Shown here one piece after another: positions 50,101 through 63,264 of a stretch of 64,000 bases of DNA; the first letter of the stretch is position 1; the number at the start of each line of letters is the position of its first letter. Position numbers and translations under genes: made by a program. The stretch lies in contig MU271227.1 of NCBI GenBank assembly GCA_021432655.1, positions 1 to 64,000 of the forward strand, read 5' to 3'. Below the pieces are notes generated by a model. The model saw only the letters and a list, made by a program, of their open reading frames with translations. It ran no database searches and was not told the origin of the DNA. This DNA is from Atractiella rhizophila. Its lineage: Eukaryota.

Positions 50101-51856
50101 TTCCTGTTCCCGCGCACGGGACGCATTTATCGATACCAGTGATCCAGTAACATTTGAGCCCTTCCGAGTGGCACCTGGAACACGTCAAGTTGTTCGGATC
50201 GGGAGATTTGGCCGTCGACGAGGAGGAAGAAGAGGCATGAGCACCTCCGGAACCCGATGCTCCAGTCGAAGATCTGAGGGGCAAATCGAGGGAGGTGGAA
50301 GACCTCATTATCGGATCAGAGGGCTGGCCGGATGATAGATGGGAGAGCATAGGATTAGTGGAAGTCGAGGGACCAGGTCCGGTGAGTGAAGGGATGGAGG
50401 ATAAACCAGGCGGAGATTGGGAAGAACCTCCCGCTTTGAGCATCTCTTTCAGATCGAGGTTTGAACGGAGGAGGTTCCTCATGTCCTGCTGCCATGCCTG
50501 ACTTTGCTGTCCGCTCCCACTTCCACCCAGACCCATACTCAAACCCGAACCAGAGCTCGCTCCACCTCCTCCGAGACCGGGCACCCCCAAACCCGCCAAT
50601 CCACCCATGTCGAGCGTATGATTACTGGTCGAAGCCATAGACGAGGCTCCCAAGCCCATCGACATCCCTCCAAGTCCCCCTCTTCCGCCACCGCCACCGC
50701 CACCGCCACCGCCAGCTGCGAGGTCAGGGAGAATGTTACCGAAGAGTGCGGTGGTGGCGAGAGGGAAGTCTGAGTACGAGGTGGGCTTACTGGAAGACGA
50801 GACAGTTGGGGCTGATACCGTTGGTTGGGGTTGCGGGAGGGAAGTAGAGGGTAGAGGTGATGGGATGGATGAGATGGAAGATTGGGTGGTGGGAAGTTGT
50901 TGGTTGATCCCCAAACCGTTGAAAGAAGTCAATCCCAGTCCGATCCCTCCCATCGATCCGCCTCCCATTTGTCCTCCCAGGTTTGGGATGCCCAATCCGA
51001 GTGAAGAGGGCGGATTGGGAGTTGTGGAAGGTGCGACGGACATCGGGTTGTTCAATCCCATGCCGATCCCTCCTCCCATCCCCATCCCCAACCCAACCCC
51101 CAAACTTGGATTGCCCATCCCCAGGTTCATCCCTAGCTGTGGTGGTGCAGACGATTGAAACATGTTAAGGTTATTGTGATGGCTACCTCCGAGGATACTG
51201 GATGGACCGTCGACGGTGGGAAATCCGGGGGAGGTGAGAATATCGTTGAAGCTGAAGTTGAATTGTCCTCCTGCCCCACCGCCCATCCCCAGGTTGGAGG
51301 GTATGGAAGGTTGACCCAAGTTGAGGATGTTGGATGGAGAAGAGGACGAGCCAGGACCGTGGATGGTGGAGGGAGAGGAGATGGAGTTTTGAGGAGGAAA
51401 AGGGAGGGATGTGGATGGGGATGAACCGAGGAAGAAATTGAGGTCGAAGTTGTTGGCAGGGTTACTGGTCGTCGATGGGAGGGAGGGACCAGCGTTGTTG
51501 TTGGAATGGAGCATCCGTAGGATATCTTCGACGTCTTGAGAGGCGGCGGAGGAGAGAGAAGATGGAGGTTGGGGTAGTGGCGGAGGTGCGAACTGGTTGT
51601 GGAAGTTGAGCTCGTTCCCGAAGGGAAGACCGGGAACTGAGACGTTGGGAGGTGAAGCAAACTGTCCCAAGGATCCGAAGATATCGGAGAAGTCCCCGTA
51701 TCCCCCTCCGCCTCCTATACCAAGCTGGGAAGGGTCGAACGAGCCAAGGTTGGAGAGATTGGATGTGGAAGCGTTGGCTTGGGCCTGCTGTTCGTTAGAC
51801 ATCCTTCTTCGCTTCCTGGGTGGCCCATCCAATTCTTCGGTCGCCGCTTGCTTCAT
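47187..51856 (-). CDS. Zn2Cys6 (Gal4-type) transcription factor with a very long low-complexity N-terminus
   Basis: CSRCHSEGLKCYWITGIDKCVPCAGTGKGC fits C-x2-C-x6-C-x8-C-x2-C-x6-C. NLS-like PPRKRRR. Downstream spliced helical exons run to the stop at 47187. Confidence 0.8.
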
Positions 51857-54192
51857 GGTTGTTTCGATGGTGGCTACTCCAGCATGAGATAGAAATACTG
51901 AGTTTTGGAATGCACCTGCCTGACTAATGCCCTAATGCTCACTAATGCCCAACTTAATGCAGAATAATCGGCTGAAGTATGCAGGGCCCTGAGTTGTGAA
52001 GTGGGAAGAGGTCGAGAACAACGCTGAAGAAGGGTAATAAGGCGACGACGTGAATTTGAAAGGATGAGGCGATGAGTTGACTGGATGTGGTTTTGGTTCG
52101 AGTTCGGATTCGGTACGACGACGCCCAGCAACCGGGACAGCCAGCAGCGAGTGTAAGCGCCTGAAGAGGGTTTTGACTGATGCTGTAGTGCCACCCGTCT
52201 GTATTTTCGTGCTTTCAGCCTGGCCGATGAATCCGGTGAAGGGTGCACCGCTCACGCAACAAGGTTTATGGTTACTTCGCTGTTTTGCAGTGGAATCAAG
52301 AGGAATTGTAGGCTGTTGCTGGGTGTTGGCGGAGGTGGATGGATGCCAGTTCAATATAAGACCACTATTGTAAGACAGCAGAGCAAATGGACGATCAGAC
52401 TATTGCAGCAGAGCGAAGGAAGCGAAGAAGAAAGAAAAAGGGTGGAAACACAAACACCGCATCGACTGGCATGGAGAAAGTTCGGCGGATCTCTTAGCCA
52501 TTTTGTTGCCGATCAAAATAAACTCCCGTCTGAGTTCAACTCAACCTCATCAGCCTTCGTGCTCATCCTCTCGTGCTTTTTGCTTTCATTCTTTCACCTT
52601 TTCATCGCAAATTTACCTTGAGTATACTTACGAAATCCATCTGATATGCTGGGCTTGACTGTGAGCAGGGTAGTCGACCACTGGGTGCATCAGAGTCAGA
52701 GAGAGAGTGGTCTGATTGATCGGCAAGAATGGCATGGAAGGCTTTTCGCACATTGCCCATTTACACCATCTCCTATCACCGCACCGCAAAGTCACCCGAA
52801 CACGGATAAAGCAGCAAAGCGGAGTATCGGGTGGAATCTGTGGAGCACAATCTGGACAAATTCACTTCAATCGTTATCCACGCCCATCAAATGAGTCCAC
52901 ATCGAATATTAAGCTTGAACCTTTGAACGCGACCGACCTGAAGCTCGGAGGGAATGTCGCTCGCGCTATCAGACCTACATGCTAAGCATGTACATTTGTA
53001 ACCCTTCTCTGGCTTCTGGACCTCTCACCATGGATTCTGGAATTCGGAAGCTGTTTGATCGATTCATCCTTCTTTCAATCGTCGACGCGTTCCAGAGCGC
53101 TCCCGGCAAGAAGCTGCTGTTCAACATTGCCTGGATCACTCCGCCTTATTGAAACGATGTATTCATGCTCGGCTGGAAACATCCTGGCACATCGCCTTTG
53201 GTTGTGATCGGGACCGCACAGTTGATCCAATCCACAGATTATTGTACCGTGACCGTACTTGCAGTGATTGACAACCGATCGAAGACTGAAAGAAAGCAGC
53301 TGAGCTGAGCTAGACCAGGCCAGACCACACATTCAAATGTTCAGTTTTTGCCCATGAAGCAAGCCAGGAAGCGAGCGAATTCCTTGCACTGAGAAATCTG
53401 AAAGCTCGACATATGAGACATATGAGATCGTGGAATGGAATGGAGTTGCTGTGACCGTTCCAATGCCGTGCTCAAACCCGCCGGAGAAAAAGGAAATTGA
53501 TCCAGGTGCTCTGTCTGCAGCGGATTTGAAACAACAACGTTAATATCATCAAATAAATAATGAAAAGCAGGAACTCCACCCAATTCCATTCTTTCGTCTC
53601 ATTGCGGATCGCACCTCGGTTCGGCCAACTCTATTTTGTTTGCGTTTGGTTTGCGCTTAAACACCAATACAGCTATTACTAAGACAAACTTCCGCTCGGA
53701 GACACGTGATTTGGACAGTGAGTAGAGATGTTCAATGATCTGCCAGTTGCACAGGCGGTCCTGCCTGAGCTTTGTGCGATCGCGATTGTCACAGGGACCA
53801 AAGAAGGGATTGAGGGATCGAGTAGGGATCATTGGCGTTCCCATATCAAGATCAAGTAGAAAGGTGCGTGCTGAAGTTATTCCACCCCTCACTTGGTGCT
53901 GGCATGATGTCTCGGTTCAACACCCAACTGTCAACGTTGGCTCGTGTCCAAAGTCCACGGCAGACCGCTAATCGACTCATTCCTGAAGCGAGCAAAGGTC
54001 GCTAGATTGTGATATATATATAGGCGCACACATTGACAAATGAACCACGAGAGCTCAGAGGCTGATTGAACTGATCGACAGCTTTCCACCACCCATCTCG
54101 TCGCTACATCAAAGCTACATCGAGCTCTGTCACTGTCACCATACACAATTTCCAGTAGATCTCGCACCTTCACACAGAAACAAAAGCAAACG

Positions 54193-57100
54193 ATGTCCCT
54201 CCCAGATCTCGTTGACCCCTCCAATCCCTATCGCATCGCGTCCCTCGACGCTGGTGGTCCAGCTCCAACCCATTATGACTTAAAGATCCAGACTGATCTA
54301 TCCTCTCTCACCTTTTCTGGACTGGTCGAAATCACTCTAGACGTCCCCAAGGACACGGACAAGCTGGTTCTTCACGCTGCAAAGACTCTCAACGTCTTTG
54401 AGGACTCCGTCGCGCTCGCGAAGGTAGATGAAAGCGGCAAGGCGATCGGAGAAGTTTGGAAAGGTGCACATATCCAGAGGGCTGAGGGAGAAGATGAAAG
54501 GCTCACTGTCACCTTCGGGGCACCCGATCAGAAGAGAATTATCTCGTCTGGAAAGGTCAAATTGGGATTGGCATTCTCTGCCCAACTTGGAAAATCCTTG
54601 ATGGGTTGGTCTTCTTCTGTTTGATTTTGCATAACAAATTGATCCATGATGTTGTAGGCTTCTACAACTCTTCTTATAAGCCTTCCGGTAGCGACAAAAC
54701 AGTGTCCTACGCTCTGACCCAATTCGAACCCACAGCAGCACGCCAGGTTTGCTCTCTCATTCCATCAATATCTGCGATCTGATGAAAAAGTAATTTCAGG
54801 CTTTCCCCTGCTGGGACGAACCCAACTACAAGGCCACCTACAGCATGTCTCTCCTCGCACGTTCCGAATATGTCGCCCTCGCAAACATGCCCTCCAAATC
54901 CACTCGGAGCTCAGGGCCCACCTTTGAGTCCACTGAACTCCTCAACGAGGACAGTCTCAAGTCTCTCAATGAGCAAATACTCAAGCCTGCTGATGCGAAG
55001 GAGGGAGAGTGGACACTTACTGAGTTCGAGAAGAGCCCGAAGGTGTCGACTTATCTCGTCACTTACGCGGTGGGACCATTCGAGTGCGTCCTGCTTCCAT
55101 TTGTTGAGAGAAGCAGAACCGGCTCATCTAGCTGATCATAGATGCCTCGAGAAGTCCGTGGAGCTCTCGAAAGGAAGGCTCCCTCTTAGACATTATGCGA
55201 CCAAGGACATCGTGAAGCAGGGACAAAGGTGTATCGATGTCACGGCCGAAGTTTTGCCTCACTTTGAGGAGATCTTCGACATTCCATACCCACTCCCGAA
55301 ACTCGATACTCTCAGCGCTCACGATTTCGATATGGGTGCCATGTACACAACTTTTTCCTCTTCCTCTTCATTCTGCTGACAGGATTTATAGGGAAGGATG
55401 GGGATTAATCACCGGTCGAACTGGCATGTTTATTCATATATCTCATCAAGTTTTGCTAACCAGACTGTGAATAGAGGCACAGCTTTATGACGAGGAGAAT
55501 CCATCGCTGGCCGCCAATCGACAAATCACTTCTGTACAGTCTCACGAAGTGGCTCACATGTGGGTGTGTCATTTCCCAATCCAAAGCAATATCCACAATC
55601 GCTTACTTAATCCAAGTTTGGCAACATCGTGACCATGAGCTGGTGGGAAGGATTGTGGCTCAATGAAGCCTTCGCTACTTTGGTAGGAATCCTTCACTGA
55701 TCTCTCCTCTCCTGATCCGATGCAACTAGGTTGGAGAGTATGTCGTGCTTGACAGGATACGACCAGAGTGGAGTGTATGGGACGACTTCATCACTTCAGC
55801 TTTGAAGCGTGCTTTGTCTCTGGACGCTACCAGATCTTCTCATCCCATTGAAGTGGAATGTCAAGACAGCAATCGCGTGAACCAAGTATGAATGCCCTTC
55901 CTCAGAGTGATAGCGCTGATCAAAGAGGCAGATATTCGACTCCATTTCTTACGAGAGTATGCCTTCTTTTAAACCTGTTTGTGCTGTCTAATGTGGCGTA
56001 GAGGGTGGATCCGTGCTGAGGATGCTCATGCGTTTCATTGGGGAGAAGCCATTCTTGAATGGCGTGTAAGTCTTTCATTCTCACTCGAACCAGCTGAGGT
56101 ATCTACATAGGTCTATATATCTGAAACGATTCATCTACTCTAATTCAGAGACGACCGATCTTTGGAACGCCATCTCGGAAGCGAGTGGATTCGACGTGGC
56201 TAGCATGATGAATAACTGGACGAAGAAAACGGGATTCCCTGTCATCACTGTGGAAGAGACAGAGGAGGGATTGAAGGTTAGGCAAAATAGGTTCTTGAGT
56301 GCGTTTATGATTTGATTTGGGAATAAATGACTGACAAAGAAATCAGGCTCTGGCCGTCCAACGGTAGCGTGGTCATCGCTCCAAATTGTCGAGCTGAAAT
56401 GTTCTACAGCCTGAGGAGGACGAAACAATCTGGCAAGTGCCACTCTTCCTTAAGACAGTGGATGCCGATGGCAAGGTCTCCGTTGACTCAAAGCTGCTTC
56501 TGGACTCTCGCGAAAAGATCATCCCTTTGAAGGATGTCAAGAACCTGACCTATAAACTTAACGCAGACACAACGGCGTTTGTGAGTCCTCATCTTAACAA
56601 AGGTCCTTTTGGCTCACTGCTTATGACCAGACCGTGTGCTATACCCGCCCGGAGCGCTCTGCCAAGTTGGGCGAGGAGATGGCAAAACCAAACGGCTTCA
56701 CCTTCGGTTGCTGACAGGTAAGCATGGATTTCTCCCACTACTGCTTTCTAATTACTTGCAGGATGGGTCTGATCCAAGATGCTATGGCACTCGCAAACTG
56801 CTGGTTACGGAAAGACGTCTGCTGTGCTGGACCTCGTTGCCAAAATGTCTAATGGGAATCGCACTTGGTATGGAACGAGATGCTGAGTTCGCGTGCCCTA
56901 ACATCTGTTCGCACCGTGCTGACCCCATAACGTAGGCTGTTTGGGTCAGACCCAAAGCACTTGGTTCGAAAGCCGTCCTGAAGTCGTCGAAGCGCTACAA
57001 GCAGTCAGGAGATCCTTAGCTGCTCCTCTCGTTCAGAGGTTAGGCTTTGAATTCGACCCGAAAGAGAAGCCTGCAATCCATGAACTCCGTGCTCTTGCTA

Positions 57101-58081
57101 TTGAACACGCTGCTCTATCTGGAGATGAAGCGTAAGTGGGATGTTAGCGGATCCGCGACAAAATGACCCTTTTGTCAGCACGGTTAAGGAAATCCAACGA
57201 CGATTCGCGCCAGTCTTGGAAAACAACGACCGCTCTCTGATTCCAGGTGACATTCGAACCGCGGCATTCGGCGCAGCTGTCAAGAATGGAGGCGTTGCAG
57301 AGTTCGAAGCTGTCCTCAAGATCTTCAAGGATCCCAGCTCCCCAGACGAACGCCTGGCGGCCGTCAGAGGTCTGTGCAGGACCACAGACGAGAAAGTTTT
57401 GGACCGCTTATTCAAAATGGTAAGAATAAGCTATTTGCCGGTAGCAACGCTCAACCTCTCTGTAGCTCCTTGATCCCGCTGAAATTAAGGACAATGTGGA
57501 TACTCTCACTCGCACCCATGACTCCTGTGTTGACGTCCTATTAGGAGCTGATGCGATTCTCTGGAAACTTGGGAGCAGTGGGCACCTCGCGACGGAAGTT
57601 CTGGAACTGGTTTAGCCAAGACGCGAGTCGCGCCGCTTCAAAAACTTGCACTGCTCACGTCAGGTTGTAGGATCATTTCAATGTGATCGCAGAACGTTAC
57701 AAGGGCAACTACTCCTTTGCTCATTTTGTCATCTATTCGTTCAATGCGTGAGTGATGTCTTTCTGCAACCACCGTCGTTCTGACAGTGAATCGTCAAGGT
57801 TAACCAAGATGTCTGATTATGAAGATGTCCAGAAGTTTTTCGCGAACAAGGAGTAAGCCTCTCTCCATCCCGTGTAATTTGCTCATACAGGATTCGTAGC
57901 ACCTCGTCGTATGCTTCTCGGTTGACTGAGGTACAAATTTTACTCGTGTTGCTCTACATGTCACTGACATGAATGAATTCTATAGGGTTTGGAAATCGTG
58001 AAGCAACGGGCGAACTGGCTTGCAAGCGATGAGAAGGACGTGGAGCAATGGCTCATCAAGAATGGATACCTCAAAGAATAA
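54193..58081 (+). CDS. M1-family zinc aminopeptidase (Ape2/puromycin-sensitive aminopeptidase-like)
   Basis: TQFEPTAARQAFPCWDEP, STYL, YPLPKLD, GAMEGWGLITGR, HEVAHMWFGN...WLNEAFA, IFDSISY. About 20 short introns. Several indels at 56570-56870. Confidence 0.92.
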
Positions 58082-59203
58082 GATATATATACCATGCATG
58101 AAACAAAAGAATGAAATAAGATGACCTTTCAAGTTCTCTACCCCCGAACAAAGATGCTGCTAAATGTTAACCTGTTGTCAATTTATTTCTCCCACACGTT
58201 GGTCGCGTACTAGGCTCCATCCTCGTCTGAGAAATAGGGGCATGATGCATTCATTCCAAAGAGTAGTAATCAATACTGCACCAGCATGTGACATAACAAT
58301 TCTCACCCTCTCCCAAAAAAGACATAGGCAACAACAGCCAAAGAACGAAAAAGACTAGCATAAGCAAATGAGAACATGCACATTGCGACAAACTGCCTGT
58401 CGAGAATGCAGAAAGGGGTGAATCATAAGGTCTTGATCCACCAAGATTGGAATGCGATGCCGCATAACAGTTGCTGGCTGCTAAAGAGGCGGAGACATTC
58501 CATTTTCACCATCCTCGATTTGACAGACAGGATCATTGTGGCGGACGGACGACGGAGGCTCGAGGGCGAAAGAGGTCTCGATTGTCTTCTTGGTTCGTTC
58601 GGGCGGAAGGGCGGGAGGAGAGAGAGAAGAAAAGAGACTGGACAGAGAGGTGAAAGGGGAAAAGCGGGCCGAGCGCAGACTATAGAGGAGAGAGATAGCA
58701 GACTGGAGATAGGATTTGGATTGGGTGGACGAGACGGAAAGAAGTGCAGCGGTGCCGAAAATTTGTCCAGCTGCTCTTCTTCCGGAGCTGATTAGGGATA
58801 AAGGGGGGAACGTAAGGGAGAAGGGATCGACGGAACGGAATTCGGAACGGATAAGAGTATTTTTGGGCTAAAATCTTGTTTTGATTCGAGAAAGTTGATA
58901 GGGGACACGAGACCGGATAGTGAGAATTCGATAGTATGGGTATCGGTAAGAGAGGAAGAAGATCAAGACGAGACGGACGAGGAGACGACTGGCTTTCGAT
59001 TGTATTGGGTTAGGAGACGGAGGAGGATTTTGATCGAATACAAGGGCACAGACTACGTGCTACTTTTCTTCTTTCTTGATGAGTTATTGCAGTTCTTTAT
59101 TGTTGGTCGCTTCGTAAATCGACTCGGAAAAGGAGAATCGAGAATACGGCCGGTCCTGTTCATTTGCGATATCAATGGCGCCGTGCGAAAAGTGTTTGTT
59201 GAT

Positions 59204-61111
59204 TTATTCGGATTGCTCCTGAACGCTCTGCATCCTCCTCTCCTTCTCCGTCTCCAGCTGGTTGTAAAGCAAAAAGAGCGCTTTCTCGTTCGCCTCCGCC
59301 GTCTACGTCCGCACACACGTCATCTGTCAGCACCAATACCACAGCAATGGGAAGGAAGGGAGACATACGCCGGTGATCGTGAACATCCTCTCCATAGACT
59401 CGTCATGAGCGTCTTTAGCGATCGAAATTTTGCTCCCACTCAACCTTCTAATCTCATTAATCTTGCTTCCGCCCTTGCCAATGATGCATCCAACCATGTC
59501 GGCGGGGATGGAGATGTTCTGAGTCCTCATATTGGGATCCGTAGGGGAGGCAGCGGCGCCGTTCCCGTTTGTATTCCGCCTTTCAGCGGTGGGGCTCCCG
59601 CTCCCACTCCCGTTCCTTCTCGGTCCTCCAGACGGCTTCCTCATGGGAGAAGTGTAAGAAGACCCGCTGCCCAACACGCCTCCAGGGTACGTCGAAGCCG
59701 CTCCTTCCGGTCCAACAGCTCCAGGGTGGTAGAGCACCGTGCCTTGTCCCCTCTCCCAGTCCTCCAACAAGCACTTCCCGATCTCCCAAACAGCAACTCG
59801 GATCCCCTCAGTCGTTCCATGGAGTTCGACAATTCGTTCGGTAGATTGAGGAAGCATTTCTTTTCCAGCAATCATGCGAGTTCCAGAGGCGTCTTGGATC
59901 TGCTTGATTTTAAGTCCTTGCTTGCCGATGATGGAACCCATCAAGTTGTGAGAGATGAGGAGTCGGATCGTGGACGTAGAGCTGGTGGGAGAGGTGACAG
60001 GAGTGGTCGGCGGAGAGACAGAGATGGGATTTTCGAGGATAGTCTGCGCGACGAGAGAGTAGGCCTGTTCTCGTCATCGTGCCGCGTCAGTATCAATTCT
60101 GGACGGAACAATGCCCGAACGGCATCTCGGGCGAAAGTCGAATCACGTAAATAGGGTGTCATCTCACGAAGGGTGATTTCCAAGGTTGAAACACGTCCAA
60201 AAAGGCGAACGTCAACATGCTCTTTCTCACCAAAACGACGTCCGCGAGGGACGGAGAACCCAATCAATCTGAGGCTGAGGCTGAAGACCAAATGGGGAAA
60301 CAAGGTTTCGATCCATTTGATAGAACCCTCTGCGCCAAATAGATAGCTCCATTGAGTCGGACAGCGGCTCGATTTCACAAACTCGACCGCTGTAATTGGG
60401 ATTTTAGACCCCAAAATTTTCATTTGCTCCAAATGAACAAGTAAGGTGAAGCTGAACATGAACTAATGTAAGAAAAGTCGGTTTGATTCAACGAAAGAGA
60501 GAAAGGACATTGAATGCAATTTCCGTTCTTCAATCGGAGTCCTCAGTAGTGCGATTACGCGTGAAATTTGATCCTGGCAGCTGAACAGGCTGCTCCGACT
60601 TCTTCCCTCTCAATCGCAACAAAGATATCGCCTCAGCAAAAATAAGTCAACAAAAAAAGATTGACGATATAGCTTCTCTCATATGCTCCTCTTTCCAAAG
60701 GGAATAAATAATGACTCTCCCATGACGGCAACAATAATCTTCCTTCCCAAACAATTTCTTACAATCCAAAAGAGTGACACATACCTTCGAAACGCTCTCC
60801 AACTTGCCAGTTACAGTCAAAACCCTATCCGTAACTCCAGCCACGACCTTACTGACGCCGGCCTTGACGCCGGTCGCCTCCCTGAGGTCCGCGACGTTCT
60901 TTCCCCCCTTCCCAATGATGACGCCTGCCTCTTTGGTGGAGACGAGCGCCCTGAGGGTTAGGGTGGAGTTGGCAGGATCGAAAGCCGGGGAAGTGACCAT
61001 CTCAGAGGTCGCGGTGGGAGGTCCAGCGACTCCATTCGAGACGTTGGTGTCGATTTGTGGCGGGGCAGCGACGGCGGCGGCAGGGACAGCGGGGGAGGCT
61101 TCGGAAGACAT
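59204..61111 (-). CDS. Triple-KH-domain RNA-binding protein (hnRNP K/PCBP; Rnc1/Hek2/Pbp2-like)
   Basis: Three GxxG loops: AGVIIGKGG, MGSIIGKQG and VGCIIGKGG. Introns at 60065-60784 and about 59303-59369. Ends NEKALFLLYNQLE...QSE*. Confidence 0.92.
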
Positions 61112-61645
61112 TCTTGTTGGGTGATGGATGAGAGGATCCGGAGGGAGGGTGGGTGATGGTGGTTGGGGTCGAGGTTTTGTTACGGGCAGGGAGATGTTGT
61201 TGCGAGGTGGTCGTCTTTTTTCTCAAAAGCGTCCCGTTTGGCGCTTCCGATTCGGGCTACAAACTCAAATTGCTGACTCGCCTGCTTCTTTCACTTTTGG
61301 TGATCTCAATCTCAGTTCTATTTTTCATCAATGCTGTTCAAGTTCGTAATAAATCAGTGAAATTTCAATCCATGGCTCTCTAAACGTTTCTCAAGACAAG
61401 GTCCATCGAAATTTCATCAACCTGCACAACTCCGGTTCCCCTTCGCCTCCACGGCTCTTTTGTCTCATTGTTCAACTATTCCAGCACCGTCCGTTACACC
61501 CGCGGTCCAACGATAAAGATGCGCCAAAAAGCAAAGTTGGGCGCATAATGCAGACCGAATGAACACATGTTCCATGATCGTCGTTTGTCATCCATCAAAG
61601 CCTCAAAGCCATTGTCCTCAATCTCAGCAGCCGAGCGCGTTCTCT

Positions 61646-63264
61646 TCACTGGATCGCACCCACAAAACGATACGAATCTGCCACAATGCCATACCCTGGA
61701 AAGGGTGCTTTGACCGCTGGAGTCTTGGCGAGAAGGAAGGATTGAGAGAACGGTCTCGTTGTGTTATCCTTCGGAGTGGAGGTGTGCGTCACTTGCCCTG
61801 AGACGATGATGGCGAGTGCGGAGGAGGAGCCGACACCTGTTCACATGCATTAAACAGTGTCAGCCGCTGCTGTGAGCGTAGAAGGTACATATCAAAGTAA
61901 CGTTTGGAAAGATAACACATGTGGGTTGAATGGAACGACAAAACGTGATTAATGCGTGATTCCTTGTCAGCTGATTCAAGATTGAGCTAAGTTAGAAAAA
62001 GTGTCACCTCTTCCGAAGTGAGGGCCTTCAAATTTACACAAATGTCAGCGTACCCTTCTTTTACGAACTTGTGACGAGAGAGAACACTCATCGCGTGACA
62101 AGAGAGAATAATAATCGTCCTGCCTGCTTTCTGAGGACAAATGTCCGCACAAGAGGGGAGTCGTACGATTGATGAACGTTGAACATTGAACAGTTCGAGT
62201 GCGAGGGCCGGCAGAAGGCATTTGTAATTTCATTCTTTCAGTTCAGAAGCCAGCACAAGCTTTTGATTTGCTAAAAGAACGTGAAACCTCTGCACCTCTG
62301 AAATACATTGACAAGTCAATCGGGATGACAGGCAGGAAGGTTATCAGAAGAGGGAGTACGCAAAGGCCATTTATGCTAGCGAGAAGATGCAAGGCTCTCT
62401 CCATCTTTCAGCTCGTCATGATCGAATCGTCGTCAGTGAGATTAAAGGGCAAACACGCGGCTGCTCTCTTCCTTCTGGAAGGAGCTAGCGCTCCGCGCGT
62501 CCGTGTGGATGCAGAAGTCAACATAGGAAATGCATGCAAATGCAATGATCGTTTGAGGTTAGGCTCAACATTGGAGCGTCGACTTCGACAGGAGGCATCT
62601 GGTTCTCATCGATCTTATAATTTAGCTCCCAACTGAGGCGTTTCAGGAAGCACATGCATATGTAATGTCTCCGTGCAATAAGTCAGGTAGACACCTCAGA
62701 TCGTCCAATGTCTAACATGACATGCCTTGATTTCTAGGCTCCAAAACGAAATAAAGCAGCACATCATCCATTCCCGATCTCATCTTTAAGCAAATTGGCC
62801 AGAGAGAGGACTCACCAGGCACGGTATGGCAGTTATAGCTCTCCACGCTATGTTGACTCTTTGCCAGTTTCTTCCCAATGAAACAATCATCGACGCATTA
62901 CTCTCCTTCCTTTCCAGGTATTTTGAGAAGATAGAGCGACACACCTGAAGCATCTGTTCAAACGCGGCTGGGGTATCGAACGCAGTACCGTTCCATACGA
63001 TCTGCTCTCATCAAGCAGAAGATTAGGTGGAATCCAATGAAGGAAGGCAAGGAGACGGCAACCTTGGACTTTTCGCCATAAAATTTGCCCACTTCTTGTT
63101 CCCCAGGAGTGGTGGTGGCTGAGGACGCGTCTAGTGCGCGGTAATAGGACTCGATGAAGAGCTTTACTTTGCTGTTTACGTCGTCTGTTCAGTGGGAGAA
63201 GCGCACAGGAGAAAAGAAAGCGAGCCCACTTCAGATCGTCTGTGTCGGAGGGGATGCTGCTCAT
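61646..63264 (-). CDS. NXT1: NTF2-related export protein (NXT1/p15-like)
   Basis: Manual splice gives MSSIPSDTDDLNKVKLFIESYYRALD...KFYGEKSK|IVWNG...|KLAKSQHSVESYNCHTVPG|...AIIVSGQVTH...RPFSQSFLL...YGIVADSYRFVGAIQ*. The last intron is 61837-62815 (979 nt). Confidence 0.85.

Noticed and set aside
52600..53950. Short ORFs between the Zn2Cys6 and aminopeptidase genes
   Set aside because: No recognisable protein or coherent splice chain.
58895..60154. 419-aa plus-strand ORF (similarly 12575-13423 minus, 28561-29448 plus, 39505-40200 plus)
   Set aside because: Antisense shadows of well-supported genes on the opposite strand.
62690..62775. Box C/D snoRNA in the NXT1 intron (AUGAUGU...CAUGUUAGAC...CUGA)
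   Set aside because: Box C is imperfect and the putative rRNA-complementary stretch is not correctly spaced from a D or D' box. It would need a snoRNA scan to revive.
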